A stretch of DNA of 54,654 nt from the IMG/VR virus record IMGVR_UViG_3300007541_000026, positions 1 to 54,654 of that record; one strand, 5' to 3'. Positions 1 to 9,272 of this stretch are shown here, piece after piece. The first letter of the stretch is position 1, and every line of letters begins with the position of its first letter. Made by a program: the position numbers and the translations under genes. The notes below the pieces were generated by a model. That model searched no databases, was not told the DNA's origin, and saw nothing but the letters and a program-made list of their open reading frames with translations. Source of the stretch: a virus (Duplodnaviria; Caudoviricetes).

Positions 1-156
1 CTGGAACTGGCTGGAGAACCAGCTCTGTGAGCCCGAGGCTCAGTAGTAGAACTAATCACCCGAACCCCCACAGGAGTGACACATACCTACTGGCAAAAAT
101 ATTTCGCAAGTCACCCAGCTCGACACAACGGACTCTGTTGGGACGAAGGGAACATC

Positions 157-471
157 ATGGCAGCAAAGAAAAAGGCCGCGGCGAGGAAGACCAAGTATTC
201 GGGTGTGACCCGGACTTCCAGCGGCAAACTCAAGAAGGCCGGTGAGACCTTCTCTGGCTTCAACAAGCCGAAGCGCACCCCCGGCAAGAGCAAGAAGTTC
301 GCCGTCCTCGCGAAGGAAGGCGACAAGGTGAAGATCGTCCGATTCGGCGACCCGAACATGACGATCAAAAAGTCCAACCCGGAGCGCCGGAAGTCCTTCC
401 GCGCCCGTCACAAGTGCGACGAAAAGAAGTCCAAGCTGACGGCCGGGTACTGGAGCTGCAAGAAGTGGTAG
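157..471 (+). CDS. Small highly basic protein, DUF6321/DUF5754-like phage family
   Basis: ATG 157 follows GAAGGGAA. Lys/Arg-rich. Motifs VRFGDPNM..KKSNPERRKSFRARHKC and YWSCKKW match my recollection of this family. Confidence 0.7.
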   Translation: MAAKKKAAARKTKYSGVTRTSSGKLKKAGETFSGFNKPKRTPGKSKKFAVLAKEGDKVKIVRFGDPNMTIKKSNPERRKSFRARHKCDEKKSKLTAGYWSCKKW

Positions 472-481
472 GAGGTCCATC

Positions 482-2140
482 ATGTCCTTGAGAGCTAACG
501 GGTACGACCCGAACACTCCGTACACTCCGAATACAAAGTACGTGTCGCCCTACGCGGTCGACTTCAGGAACATGGATTACTCCGTTATCTTCCGCAAGCG
601 TGCCCAGAAGCTCGAAAAGATCCGAGAGGATGGGGCCTGGGACATCGTGAAGCGGTACTACGCTGATGGGAACGCCTGCGCGTTCATTGAGGACTGGCTT
701 GTGACTTACGATCCTCGCCTCGGTGCGCGCGGGCTTCCCACCACCGTACCCCTCATTCTTTTCCCTCGCCAGATCGAGTACATCGAGGCGCTCGAAGAGG
801 CATACGCGGCAGGCCAAGACATGGTCGTCGGCAAGTCTCGCGATATGGGCGTCTCGGTTGTGTCCCTGGCTTGGTTCACATACAAGTGGCTTTTCTCGCC
901 CGGATTCAAGGGATCGGTCGGTTCGCGCAAAGAGGACCTCGTCGACAAGATTGGCAGCCCGGACTCCCTGCTTGAGAAGGTCCGAATCTATCTGCGCTAC
1001 CTTCCGAAGGAGCTACTGCCCTACGGCTACAAGGAGCGCGAGGACGCGCGACGCCTCAATATCGTCAACCCGGTCACGGGATCGTCAATCACGGGCGAAG
1101 CTGGCGACAACATCGGCCGCGGTGGCCGATCTACCGCCTACCTCGTAGACGAAGCGGCGTTCATCGACCGCCCCGAGGCAGTCGACGCGGCCCTTTCCCA
1201 GAACTGCAACATGCGGATCGACGTATCGACCCCGAACGGGCCCGCGAATCCGTTCGCGGACAAGTGGTTCCACAATGAGGCTGTCCGCGCGTTCGCGTTT
1301 CACTGGACTCAGGACCCGCGCAAGGACCGCGAGTGGTACGAGAAGGAGCGAAAGCGCCTTCAAGACCCGCGCGTGATCGCGCAGGAGCTGGACTTGGACT
1401 TCGACACCTCGGGTGAGGAGTCCACGGTGCGTCAGGAGTGGGTCGACTCGTCCGTGGCGCTGCGAAAATACCTCCAGAGCCGAGGCGAACTGCCCGACAA
1501 GAGCCGGTACACGCCCGTCGCGGGCGCGGACATCGGCGGCGGGGTGGCTGAGAACACCTACATCGCCCTCTACGGGCCGATCGTGGGCGACCTTGTGTCT
1601 TGGGTCGACGGGGACACAACCCGGACGGCTGAGAAGCTCTCACGACTAGCCACGCAGGACAAGGTCACGCGCCTCAAGTTCGACTCGATCGGGGTTGGCA
1701 AGGGCGTCGCGTCCACTTTGCGGAGGCTTCCGGTCGTTTCGAGCGGAATCAACGTCGGAAACTCTCCGACGACCAACATGTGGCCCGACGGTCGCCGCGC
1801 GAAGGACAAGTTCCGCAACCTGAAAGCGGAGGTCTGGTGGACGCTGCGCGATCGGCTCCGAAAAACGCACGAACACTGGTGCTGGCTGAACGACCCCGAG
1901 ACGGGCGCACAGTACGACATCGACGAACTGCTCCTTTTGCCGGATTCGGACAAGGACTTCCTCCTCCAGATCACCCTTCCCGGCTACAAGACGCTGGATA
2001 CGGGCAAGATCGCGATCGAGTCCAAGGATGAGCTGTCGAGACGGGGCGTAAAATCTCCTGACCGGGCTGAGGCGCTCATAATCGCCCTCTCACCGTTCAG
2101 AAAGCCCGCCACGTTCGGCAACACGGCCGGGATGGTCTAG
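482..2140 (+). CDS. terL: Terminase large subunit
   Basis: GGAGG SD. Walker A-like VVGKSRDMGVS, Walker B YLVDEAAF, STPNG coupling motif, nuclease GADIGGG and C-terminal SPDRAEAL. Lies upstream of portal. Confidence 0.95.
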   Translation: MSLRANGYDPNTPYTPNTKYVSPYAVDFRNMDYSVIFRKRAQKLEKIREDGAWDIVKRYYADGNACAFIEDWLVTYDPRLGARGLPTTVPLILFPRQIEYIEALEEAYAAGQDMVVGKSRDMGVSVVSLAWFTYKWLFSPGFKGSVGSRKEDLVDKIGSPDSLLEKVRIYLRYLPKELLPYGYKEREDARRLNIVNPVTGSSITGEAGDNIGRGGRSTAYLVDEAAFIDRPEAVDAALSQNCNMRIDVSTPNGPANPFADKWFHNEAVRAFAFHWTQDPRKDREWYEKERKRLQDPRVIAQELDLDFDTSGEESTVRQEWVDSSVALRKYLQSRGELPDKSRYTPVAGADIGGGVAENTYIALYGPIVGDLVSWVDGDTTRTAEKLSRLATQDKVTRLKFDSIGVGKGVASTLRRLPVVSSGINVGNSPTTNMWPDGRRAKDKFRNLKAEVWWTLRDRLRKTHEHWCWLNDPETGAQYDIDELLLLPDSDKDFLLQITLPGYKTLDTGKIAIESKDELSRRGVKSPDRAEALIIALSPFRKPATFGNTAGMV

Positions 2141-2146
2141 CAAAAC

Positions 2147-2175
2147 TAGAACTTTCTCGCATTTCGTGCTATAAT
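2147..2175 (+). promoter_or_regulatory. Sigma70-type promoter, phage consensus TAGAAC-N17-TATAAT with extended -10 (TGn)
   Basis: TAGAACTTTC-TCGCATTT-CGTGCTATAAT. The same motif and spacing recur at 5-6 sites on the - strand. Confidence 0.85.
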
Positions 2176-2268
2176 ATGGGTATAATGGCGAATCCCGCCA
2201 TCCCGCCGTACATTACTATTGCAAAAAAATCGCGGCGGGGGCCAACTCCCCGGCAAGGAGGACAGACA

Positions 2269-3771
2269 ATGGCAACATTAGACGTGGCGCACCCGCTGTA
2301 TGAGGCATTCCGCCTCGATTACGACCAGATGGCGCATTGCTACGCAGGCAGCCGGGTCGTGAAAATGCACGGCACAAGGTACCTCCCCGCGACCCGCTCG
2401 ATGCTCATCGACGGCGGCCCGAATCTGGACCGCGAGCCGGGGAAATCTGCGTACGAGGCGTACAAGACCCGGGCAATCTTCCCCGACTTGGTCGGGAATG
2501 CCGCTCGGACTCTCACGGGGCTCGCCTTCAAGGACCCCAGCGTCTATGAGCTGCCTGCGGGCATGGAGGAGCTGTTCGACAGCGCCACGCTGGAGGGCGA
2601 ATCGCTCGAAACGCTGCACAGACGGATTGTCGAGCAGATTCTGATCTACGGGCGTTTCGGCCTCGCGATCGACGTGCCGGAGGGCGAAGGCCTCCCCTAC
2701 TTCGTCTCGTACGAAGGCCGATCCATTTTGAACTGGGACGATAGCCTTATCTCCCGCGGGCGACAGAACCCCTTCAACTTCGTTGTGACAGCTGAGGAGG
2801 TATTCCGCCGCAGCGACACGTACGACTGGACCACGGACATCCTCTACCGCAGCTTCGAGTTGCGGGATGGGGTGTACCAGACCTGGACCGAGGAAGACGC
2901 GCTCGTGACGTCTCCGGTGGCGCCCAGCTATCGGGGCCGAACGCTCGACTTCGTTCCTTTCACAATCATCGGGTCCCAAGACCTTAGCGCAACCCCCAAT
3001 CCAATCCCGTTGCTCGGGCTCTCCGAGTCCGCTCTGGCGATCTACCGCGGAGAGGCGGACTACCGGCAGGCTCTGCATCTCACCGCTCAGGACACGCTCG
3101 TTCTGATTGGTGTCGGGGATGGAACTGAGGACGACGACGACCAGCCGATCCGCGTAGGGGCCGGAGCCGTCGTGAGGCTTCCGCCGGACGGAGACGCGAA
3201 ATTCATCGGCGTGACCTCAGAGGGTCTCACTGAGCAGCGCCTAACATTGGGAGACGATTACCGAAACGCTTCGAGCGAGGGCTCGCGCCTTCTGGAAAAC
3301 ACGGCAGCACAGGCCGAGTCCGGTGAGGCGCTCAAGGTCCGAATCGCAGCGAAGACTACAACTTTGACGACAGTGGCTCTCACTGCCGCCTCCGGGTTGG
3401 AGCAGGCACTTCGACAAATGGCCCTCTGGGTGGGCGCTGACCCCAACGAGGTCCGCGTGAAGCCGAACCTAGACTTCACCCAAGACCATCTAGCGGCACA
3501 AGACGTGCTGAATCTGCAACAGGCTCAAAATGAAGGACTCCCGATTTCTGCACAGTCCATCCACGACAAGCTCCGCGACCGCGACTACACGGAGCTTACC
3601 TTCGAGGAGGAAATCGATCTGATCCGAAAGGAAAAGGCCGACGGGATCACCGAGTTGCTGAAGCCAGCTCCCCCGACTCCGGCTCTGGTGGCCGGGGTCG
3701 AACAACCGGGCGACGAGTCGACCCCTGCGGACGCGCAGGACGACGAGGAGCCCACGGGTGACGACGCGTAG
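2269..3771 (+). CDS. Portal protein (DUF4055-like)
   Basis: AGGAGG SD before ATG 2269. Follows TerL, about 500 aa. Motifs YLP...YEAYKTRA.F and ESGEALKVR are typical of this portal family. Confidence 0.9.
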   Translation: MATLDVAHPLYEAFRLDYDQMAHCYAGSRVVKMHGTRYLPATRSMLIDGGPNLDREPGKSAYEAYKTRAIFPDLVGNAARTLTGLAFKDPSVYELPAGMEELFDSATLEGESLETLHRRIVEQILIYGRFGLAIDVPEGEGLPYFVSYEGRSILNWDDSLISRGRQNPFNFVVTAEEVFRRSDTYDWTTDILYRSFELRDGVYQTWTEEDALVTSPVAPSYRGRTLDFVPFTIIGSQDLSATPNPIPLLGLSESALAIYRGEADYRQALHLTAQDTLVLIGVGDGTEDDDDQPIRVGAGAVVRLPPDGDAKFIGVTSEGLTEQRLTLGDDYRNASSEGSRLLENTAAQAESGEALKVRIAAKTTTLTTVALTAASGLEQALRQMALWVGADPNEVRVKPNLDFTQDHLAAQDVLNLQQAQNEGLPISAQSIHDKLRDRDYTELTFEEEIDLIRKEKADGITELLKPAPPTPALVAGVEQPGDESTPADAQDDEEPTGDDA

Positions 3772-3783
3772 TCACCCTCCCTG

Positions 3784-3807
3784 CCCGGCCCCTTAGCGGG
3801 GGCCGGG
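3784..3807 (+). terminator. GC-rich hairpin after portal (terminator or RNA-stabilising stem)
   Basis: CCCGGCCCC-TTAGC-GGGGGCCGGG inverted repeat just after the portal stop. No clear U-tail. Confidence 0.5.
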
Positions 3808-3905
3808 TGGGTACCCAACGATTTCAGCGGGATAACCCCGTAAGGCCGGAGGCATGTTGCCCGAGGCCGACCAGACGCGCATGATGCGCGAAAGGACAAA
3901 CGACA

Positions 3906-4730
3906 ATGCTAAAGCGAAGGATTACTTCACTCGAAGAGGCGCCGGAGGGTCTGGCGAAGTTTTACGTAGAGGACGGCGACGGATTCGCCCTAGAGATCGA
4001 CGGCCCCGGACAGGACGATGTCGACAAACTGAAGGCGGCACTCGCGAATGAGCGTGAAGCTCACAAAGCGACCAAGTCGCGGTTCAGCGGCGTTGACATG
4101 ACTGCGGACGAGATCCAGCAGCTCCGCGACGAGGCGGACGATCTCCGATTCCAACTGGAGAACGCCCCGAAGGCCCGCGATCCGCAAGAGATGGAAGACC
4201 GGGCCGAGCTGCTCGCGGCCCGCAAGACGCGCGAACTCGACCGTGAGCTTCAGGCCCTGCGGGAGCAGAACAGCTCCTTCAGCGAGGCCATCAAGCTGCA
4301 CGAGGCTGCCGCCAATCAGCGCATGCTGCGCGATGCGGCGATGGACGCGATCTCCGGCGACAAGGGCGTCAAGCTGGTCGACTCGGCCCGCGAGGATTTG
4401 ATCCCGTTCGTCGAGCGCAACTTCGAGACGAACGACCTCGGAGAGATCGTCTCCAAGGACGGAGTCGGGCTGGAGCCCGGGCTGACCATCCGAGAGACGC
4501 TGAACGAGATGCAGGCGTCGGGGCGACGCAGCCACTGGTTCGCCGGGAACACCTCCGCTGGCGCGGCGGGTTCCAAGGGCGGAGCCGCGGCAGGCGGCCC
4601 CAATCCGTTCGCGAAGGACACTTTCTCCATGACTGAGATCGGTAGGCTTGTCAAATCCGATCCCGCGCGAGCCAAGGCTTTGGCGAAAGCCGCTGGCGAG
4701 TCTCCCGCCAAGTTCGGACTGGGAAACTAA
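3906..4730 (+). CDS. Capsid scaffolding protein
   Basis: Acidic coiled-coil with N-terminal YVEDGDGFALEI and KLKAALANER, and C-terminal Gly-rich linker plus NPFAK...SMTEIGRL...DP.RA. Directly upstream of MCP. Confidence 0.85.
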   Translation: MLKRRITSLEEAPEGLAKFYVEDGDGFALEIDGPGQDDVDKLKAALANEREAHKATKSRFSGVDMTADEIQQLRDEADDLRFQLENAPKARDPQEMEDRAELLAARKTRELDRELQALREQNSSFSEAIKLHEAAANQRMLRDAAMDAISGDKGVKLVDSAREDLIPFVERNFETNDLGEIVSKDGVGLEPGLTIRETLNEMQASGRRSHWFAGNTSAGAAGSKGGAAAGGPNPFAKDTFSMTEIGRLVKSDPARAKALAKAAGESPAKFGLGN

Positions 4731-4885
4731 TCGCGCAACAGACTCACCCGAGCGGCGCATGTAGCGCCGCTCGGTTGAACTGTGCGAGAACCTCGCACAC
4801 CACGCCACACAACTGAATAAACAACCTAATGGGCAAAGGAGCCGAGTGGCACCACCGCCCGAATCCTGAGAAGGAAAAAATAGCA

Positions 4886-5893
4886 ATGGCTACGACTCAG
4901 ATTGCAGACGTGGTTGTGCCCGAGGTGTTCTCGGCGTACACCCAGGAACTCAGCACGGAGCTGAGCCTCCTCGTTCGATCCGGCGTGATCGCACGCAACC
5001 CAGCCCTCGACGCGTTCCTCGCGGGCGGTGGCAACTTCATCCAGATGCCGATGTGGGAAGACCTCTCGGACACCGAGGCGAACATCTCGGGCGACTCCGG
5101 TACCGCTGGCACCGAGAAGATCGGGTCTCACAAGGAGATCGGGATCCGACACAACCGGAACCAGGCTTGGGCCTCGATGGACCTCAGCGCGCAGCTCGCT
5201 GGCTCGGACCCGATGGACGCCATCGCTCGCCGCGTCGCCGCGTACTGGGTGCGCCAGGAGCAATTGATGGTCAACAGCATGATCGCTGGTCTGATCGCGG
5301 GCACGGCCTCGCTGCTCAACGACATCGCTGCGGCGGACAACGTCGACGTGGCTGCGGGCAACCTCGCGACGGGCTCGGACTTCCTCGACACGTTCCAGCT
5401 CCTCGGCGACCACAAGAGCAACGTGACGGCGATCGCGCTGCACTCGGTTGTTCACACGAACCTCCAGAAGGCGAACCTGATCGACTTCATCCCGGAGAGC
5501 CGGGCGGACGTCGGTTTCGGCACCTACATGGGCAAGACCCTGCTGGTTGACGACGGCCTGACCGTCGACACGAGCCGAACCGCGGCCGACACGACCACGG
5601 TTCAGCCGATGTACACCTCGGTTGTCTTCGGCCCCGGCGCGTTCCAGTACGGCGTCGGTTCTCCCCGCGTGGGAACCGAGATCGACCGCAACCCGCTCGC
5701 CGGAACCGGCGGTGGTGAGGAGTACCTCGTGAACCGACGCGAGTTCGTGCTGCACCCGGCCGGATTCTCGGTCGCACTCAACGTCGCTGCGGGCGAGAGC
5801 CCGACCAACGCAGAGCTGGCGGCCTCCACGGCCTACACGCTCGTTGGACAGCGCAAGCAGGTCCCGCTCGCGGTTCTGCGCTCGAACGGCTGA
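4886..5893 (+). CDS. Major capsid protein (HK97 fold)
   Basis: Starts MATTQIADVVVPEVF; contains GG..IQMP.W.DL, GSDPMDAIA and TYMGK.L.VDD motifs. About 335 aa, strongly biased codons, followed by a terminator. Confidence 0.93.
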   Translation: MATTQIADVVVPEVFSAYTQELSTELSLLVRSGVIARNPALDAFLAGGGNFIQMPMWEDLSDTEANISGDSGTAGTEKIGSHKEIGIRHNRNQAWASMDLSAQLAGSDPMDAIARRVAAYWVRQEQLMVNSMIAGLIAGTASLLNDIAAADNVDVAAGNLATGSDFLDTFQLLGDHKSNVTAIALHSVVHTNLQKANLIDFIPESRADVGFGTYMGKTLLVDDGLTVDTSRTAADTTTVQPMYTSVVFGPGAFQYGVGSPRVGTEIDRNPLAGTGGGEEYLVNRREFVLHPAGFSVALNVAAGESPTNAELAASTAYTLVGQRKQVPLAVLRSNG

Positions 5894-5899
5894 TAGACT

Positions 5900-5928
5900 G
5901 AGGGGGCACTTCGGTGCCCCCTCTTTCT
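5900..5928 (+). terminator. Rho-independent terminator after MCP
   Basis: GAGGGGGCAC-TTCG-GTGCCCCCTC followed by TTTCT. Confidence 0.85.
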
Positions 5929-5983
5929 CTCGCATCTCATGTGGGATGCACCCCTCCAATCTGTGATAGTGAAGGAGTTCACA

Positions 5984-6361
5984 ATGTCCGAAGAGACCCC
6001 CATCGAAGAAGTAGCCGCCGAAGAGGCGGCCCCCAAGAAAGAAAATCGCGCCAAGGCCCCGAAGCGCGAAAACCCGATTCCGGGCTCACCAGAGATCGAC
6101 GACCTGTTCCCCGGCGACGAGGGCTACCGCTTCGGCACGGCCTTCGAGATGATCGTGGAGCGGATCAACGACCTCGAAGACGAGATCAAGGAACTGCACG
6201 AGCTGCGAAGAAAGATCGCGGCCGTCCAGCCGAAAGCGAAGCAACTGGACAGCGTTGAGATGTGGCAGAGCCAGCAGGCGATCCAGCGTCGGCTCAAGGC
6301 TGAAGAGGACGAGCGCAAGCTCAAGGTCCAGGCAGTCCTCAGAGAGATGAAACTTCTCTAA
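5984..6361 (+). CDS. Hypothetical coiled-coil protein (head module)
   Basis: AAGGAG SD, ATG 5984, typical codon usage. Confidence 0.75.
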   Translation: MSEETPIEEVAAEEAAPKKENRAKAPKRENPIPGSPEIDDLFPGDEGYRFGTAFEMIVERINDLEDEIKELHELRRKIAAVQPKAKQLDSVEMWQSQQAIQRRLKAEEDERKLKVQAVLREMKLL

Positions 6362-6413
6362 ACACGAACCCGGAGCGGCGAGGTTGAGCCACAGGCTCCC
6401 CAGCTCCCACCAC

Positions 6414-6470
6414 GCGGCGGAGGTCGGATAGGTAGTGCAGATACCTCTTCCGGCCTCCGCCGCTTTTTTT
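6414..6470 (+). terminator. Long-stem intrinsic terminator
   Basis: GCGGCGGAGGTCGGA...TCCGGCCTCCGCCGC with inner AGGTA/TACCT stem, followed by T7. Confidence 0.8.
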
Positions 6471-6496
6471 GTTCTACCACCCCCATGGAGGCCGAC

Positions 6497-6733
6497 ATGG
6501 CACGACTCAAGAGAGGGCGAGGTGCTACGCTCGCCATGCAGAACTGGTACATCGTCCAGAGGCGACGCGGCGACCTCGGGGATGGCGTTAACTCTGGCAA
6601 CAACGGCGGCACCCCGACGGCGGCGACCTACGGACCAAACTACATTGAGCCTCGGGACATTCCCGCAGGCGCACTTCTGGACGAGAACGGCAACCCGATC
6701 CTCGATGAGAACGGCGACTTCATCATCGTCTAA
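6497..6733 (+). CDS. Small putative virion (head decoration/fibre anchor) protein
   Basis: GGAG SD. C-terminal tandem LLDENGNP/ILDENGDF motif of the kind seen in phage structural proteins. Confidence 0.6.
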   Translation: MARLKRGRGATLAMQNWYIVQRRRGDLGDGVNSGNNGGTPTAATYGPNYIEPRDIPAGALLDENGNPILDENGDFIIV

Positions 6734-6749
6734 CGAAAAAGGACACACA

Positions 6750-9266
6750 ATGTTCAAGTATTTCCTGACGGCGATTCTGGTCGCCATGCTCCCGGGGTCC
6801 GCACTCGCGGTCACTGCCAATGTAGATCAATCAAGCACTCCGATCCTGACGTACACTGTGCGTGCGAGGGACACGTCGCCTTCGACGATTCTGTCGATGG
6901 GCGGCGCTGGGGAGTGTTCCATTCAGCTTCAATCGAACGGAGCTACCCTTCAGGTGGCCCCCCGTGCCGACGCCACGGTACCCCACAGCACGGCCATGGG
7001 CGACGCGGCCGCGGTGTCAACCTCTACCTCTGGCAATCACACGTTCACCTCTGGCGCAGGGCAGTTCTCCGTCGCATTCACCGCGGCTGACAACTCATCT
7101 GTCTCGATCACCTGCAACCCGACCGCGTCCGCGGGTGCGGGTTCGAGTTCGACTTTGCAGGGAGACTGGCCCGCGTCTAGTGTGGAAAACGTCTACGGCA
7201 TCAACAACATCCTACTCGGTGATGGCCTTAATGACTTCGTCGAGACGACGGTGCTATCACCTAAGTGGGTATCGGGACTCAAGTTCGAGCCCATCTTCAA
7301 CCTCGATGGCGAGAAGGTGTGGTGTGCGGGGGGCTCGGACTTGACCAAGCCTTGGTTCGACTGCGGTGTCCGTACCGGACTCTACAAGACCAAGTCCAAC
7401 GCCTTGTATATGCAGATGACAAATTTGTCACCCGGCGAAGCGCACATGATTAACGCGGAGTTGTTGGGCGGCGGAGACACGGACCCTAATGGTATGCACC
7501 TGAGAGTCTTGCAGTCAGGCGGAAGCCAGACTGGTGGGGATGAGGGCATTAACGGTATCCGCTTGGTCACGAATGTCAACTGGGGAGCCAGCTTCGGCAC
7601 TCTTGACGGCGACCTGTCTGCGGCCACGGGAAATGAGGTACCTGTAGACATTACTGGCGTCTCGGAATATGAGACGAACTTCGTCGGTGTAGGTAAGTTG
7701 CTCGTCATCTCTGGGTCGCCGGAAGTGTTCTCGGTGACGCTCGCGGACCAGAGCAGCAGCAGCCCGCAGCGTCCGAAGCAGTCCGTCCTGCGAGGCTTCG
7801 CCAACAACGGCGGCGTCAGGGGCTCTTTCCTTCTGGACAGTGACCTCCCGGCTACGGTAGACGCGGGTAACTGGTGCATGTACGATCCGGCGATGGACTA
7901 CTTCGCTGGAGGTACTGGCCCGGCGGACACCCACTACTGGCTCCGCATCAGCGAGGTTGCGCGGAGTACGGATTCCGGCAACCCGGCCCCGTCATTCACT
8001 ACTTCGTGGTATGTGCAAGGGCAAGACCTCAAGTACCCAAACTACATAATGTGGTCTGGTGAGTACCACTTCGCGCCTTGCTACACCATCACGAAGGTTG
8101 AGCAGGACCCGTCCACCAAGGTGACGAACCGAGTCTACGTCGAGAAGACGGTGAACCACACGGAGCTTTCTGGCGCGAACTGGGAGGTGACGCCATACGG
8201 CGAACTGAAGCAGACCGGCATCAAGGTTCTCCAGACGGCCAACATCAACCCTGCGTTCTCTGGGGCGGCGGTCAGCGCAGTCCATGAGGTGGGCACGGCG
8301 TCCGGCAGCCGATACCAGTTGCCCGCAGCTTTTTCCGTCGAACACTCTAGTAACTGCGTCACGGCGGATCGGGCCACGTCCTGTATTGAGGATGGCACTT
8401 TCGGCGCATTTGGTGTCGGAATGGAAATCGGGGAGTGGTCCGCGAACAAGGGTATCCGGTATCGCTACCCTGATGCGGACTCTTCGCTTGGGTTCGCCCC
8501 GCTTGAGATCCGACCGACTACGGGTCAGAGCGGCCTCAACTGGGGCTTGACTGGGTCGACTGGAAGGTTCCACACCGTCATCGACGTGTATCAGCACGTC
8601 GACAAGAGCATCATCCTGAACGGAACGTACGGGTGGGGCGTTGGACGAACGGGCACCAAGTGGTTCCCTCTGATCTCAACGGCCACGGTGACCGGCCACA
8701 CGGACGGACAGTTCCTGACGTGGTCGAACACAGACAGCGCATACGTCGAGACGGCTCCTGGCTTGGATGACCTGACGGGCGTAGATCTGACGACTACGGC
8801 TCCGACGAACGGCGACGTTCTGTCCTTCGACGGCACCAACTGGGTGCCCGGCGCTGGCGGCGGCGGGACCAACACCTCGTTCTCAAACTTCCAAGCTATC
8901 GGGTCGGGCGAGGCGGCGATATTTAACGGTGGCGCCGCGATTTCCACATGGAATGCCTCGTACACGGCGTTCTCATTTGCAGGAGCCTCCTACACGGCGA
9001 CCTTGCCGGAGATCACAGGGACAAGCGACCGACAAAAGCGATTGGAGATATGGGTTCAGCCCGGCGTGACCTTGACAATCCAAGGGCACACCAATGATGC
9101 GACCGCCTTGGGATTCAACTTGGTCACGACAGGTCCGGGGACGGCGAGCATGACGTTCACCGCTCCGGCGACTGACATCGCGTGCAAGGTTGAGGTGTTC
9201 GTCCGAAATGACAACGCGGTCATGACGTCGAGCACCTGCCCGACGCAGACTCTGAGCAACCCATAG
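6750..9266 (+). CDS. 838-aa beta-rich fibre-like protein with N-terminal Sec signal peptide
   Basis: AAGGA SD before ATG 6750. MFKYFLTAILVAMLPGSALA has n/h/c regions and an AxA site. Ser/Thr/Gly-rich, 10 Cys, phage-fibre spacer LDDLTGVD..TAPTNGDVLSFDGTNWVP. Confidence 0.75.
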   Translation: MFKYFLTAILVAMLPGSALAVTANVDQSSTPILTYTVRARDTSPSTILSMGGAGECSIQLQSNGATLQVAPRADATVPHSTAMGDAAAVSTSTSGNHTFTSGAGQFSVAFTAADNSSVSITCNPTASAGAGSSSTLQGDWPASSVENVYGINNILLGDGLNDFVETTVLSPKWVSGLKFEPIFNLDGEKVWCAGGSDLTKPWFDCGVRTGLYKTKSNALYMQMTNLSPGEAHMINAELLGGGDTDPNGMHLRVLQSGGSQTGGDEGINGIRLVTNVNWGASFGTLDGDLSAATGNEVPVDITGVSEYETNFVGVGKLLVISGSPEVFSVTLADQSSSSPQRPKQSVLRGFANNGGVRGSFLLDSDLPATVDAGNWCMYDPAMDYFAGGTGPADTHYWLRISEVARSTDSGNPAPSFTTSWYVQGQDLKYPNYIMWSGEYHFAPCYTITKVEQDPSTKVTNRVYVEKTVNHTELSGANWEVTPYGELKQTGIKVLQTANINPAFSGAAVSAVHEVGTASGSRYQLPAAFSVEHSSNCVTADRATSCIEDGTFGAFGVGMEIGEWSANKGIRYRYPDADSSLGFAPLEIRPTTGQSGLNWGLTGSTGRFHTVIDVYQHVDKSIILNGTYGWGVGRTGTKWFPLISTATVTGHTDGQFLTWSNTDSAYVETAPGLDDLTGVDLTTTAPTNGDVLSFDGTNWVPGAGGGGTNTSFSNFQAIGSGEAAIFNGGAAISTWNASYTAFSFAGASYTATLPEITGTSDRQKRLEIWVQPGVTLTIQGHTNDATALGFNLVTTGPGTASMTFTAPATDIACKVEVFVRNDNAVMTSSTCPTQTLSNP

Positions 9267-9272
9267 GCTTCT

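Noticed and set aside
46-75. Additional TAGAAC promoter copy near the window start
   Set aside because: There is no TGCTATAAT-like -10 at the expected spacing.
6435-6749. 943-aa version of the fibre-like ORF
   Set aside because: The upstream extension crosses a terminator and overlaps the better 6497-6733 gene; SD and signal peptide support ATG 6750.
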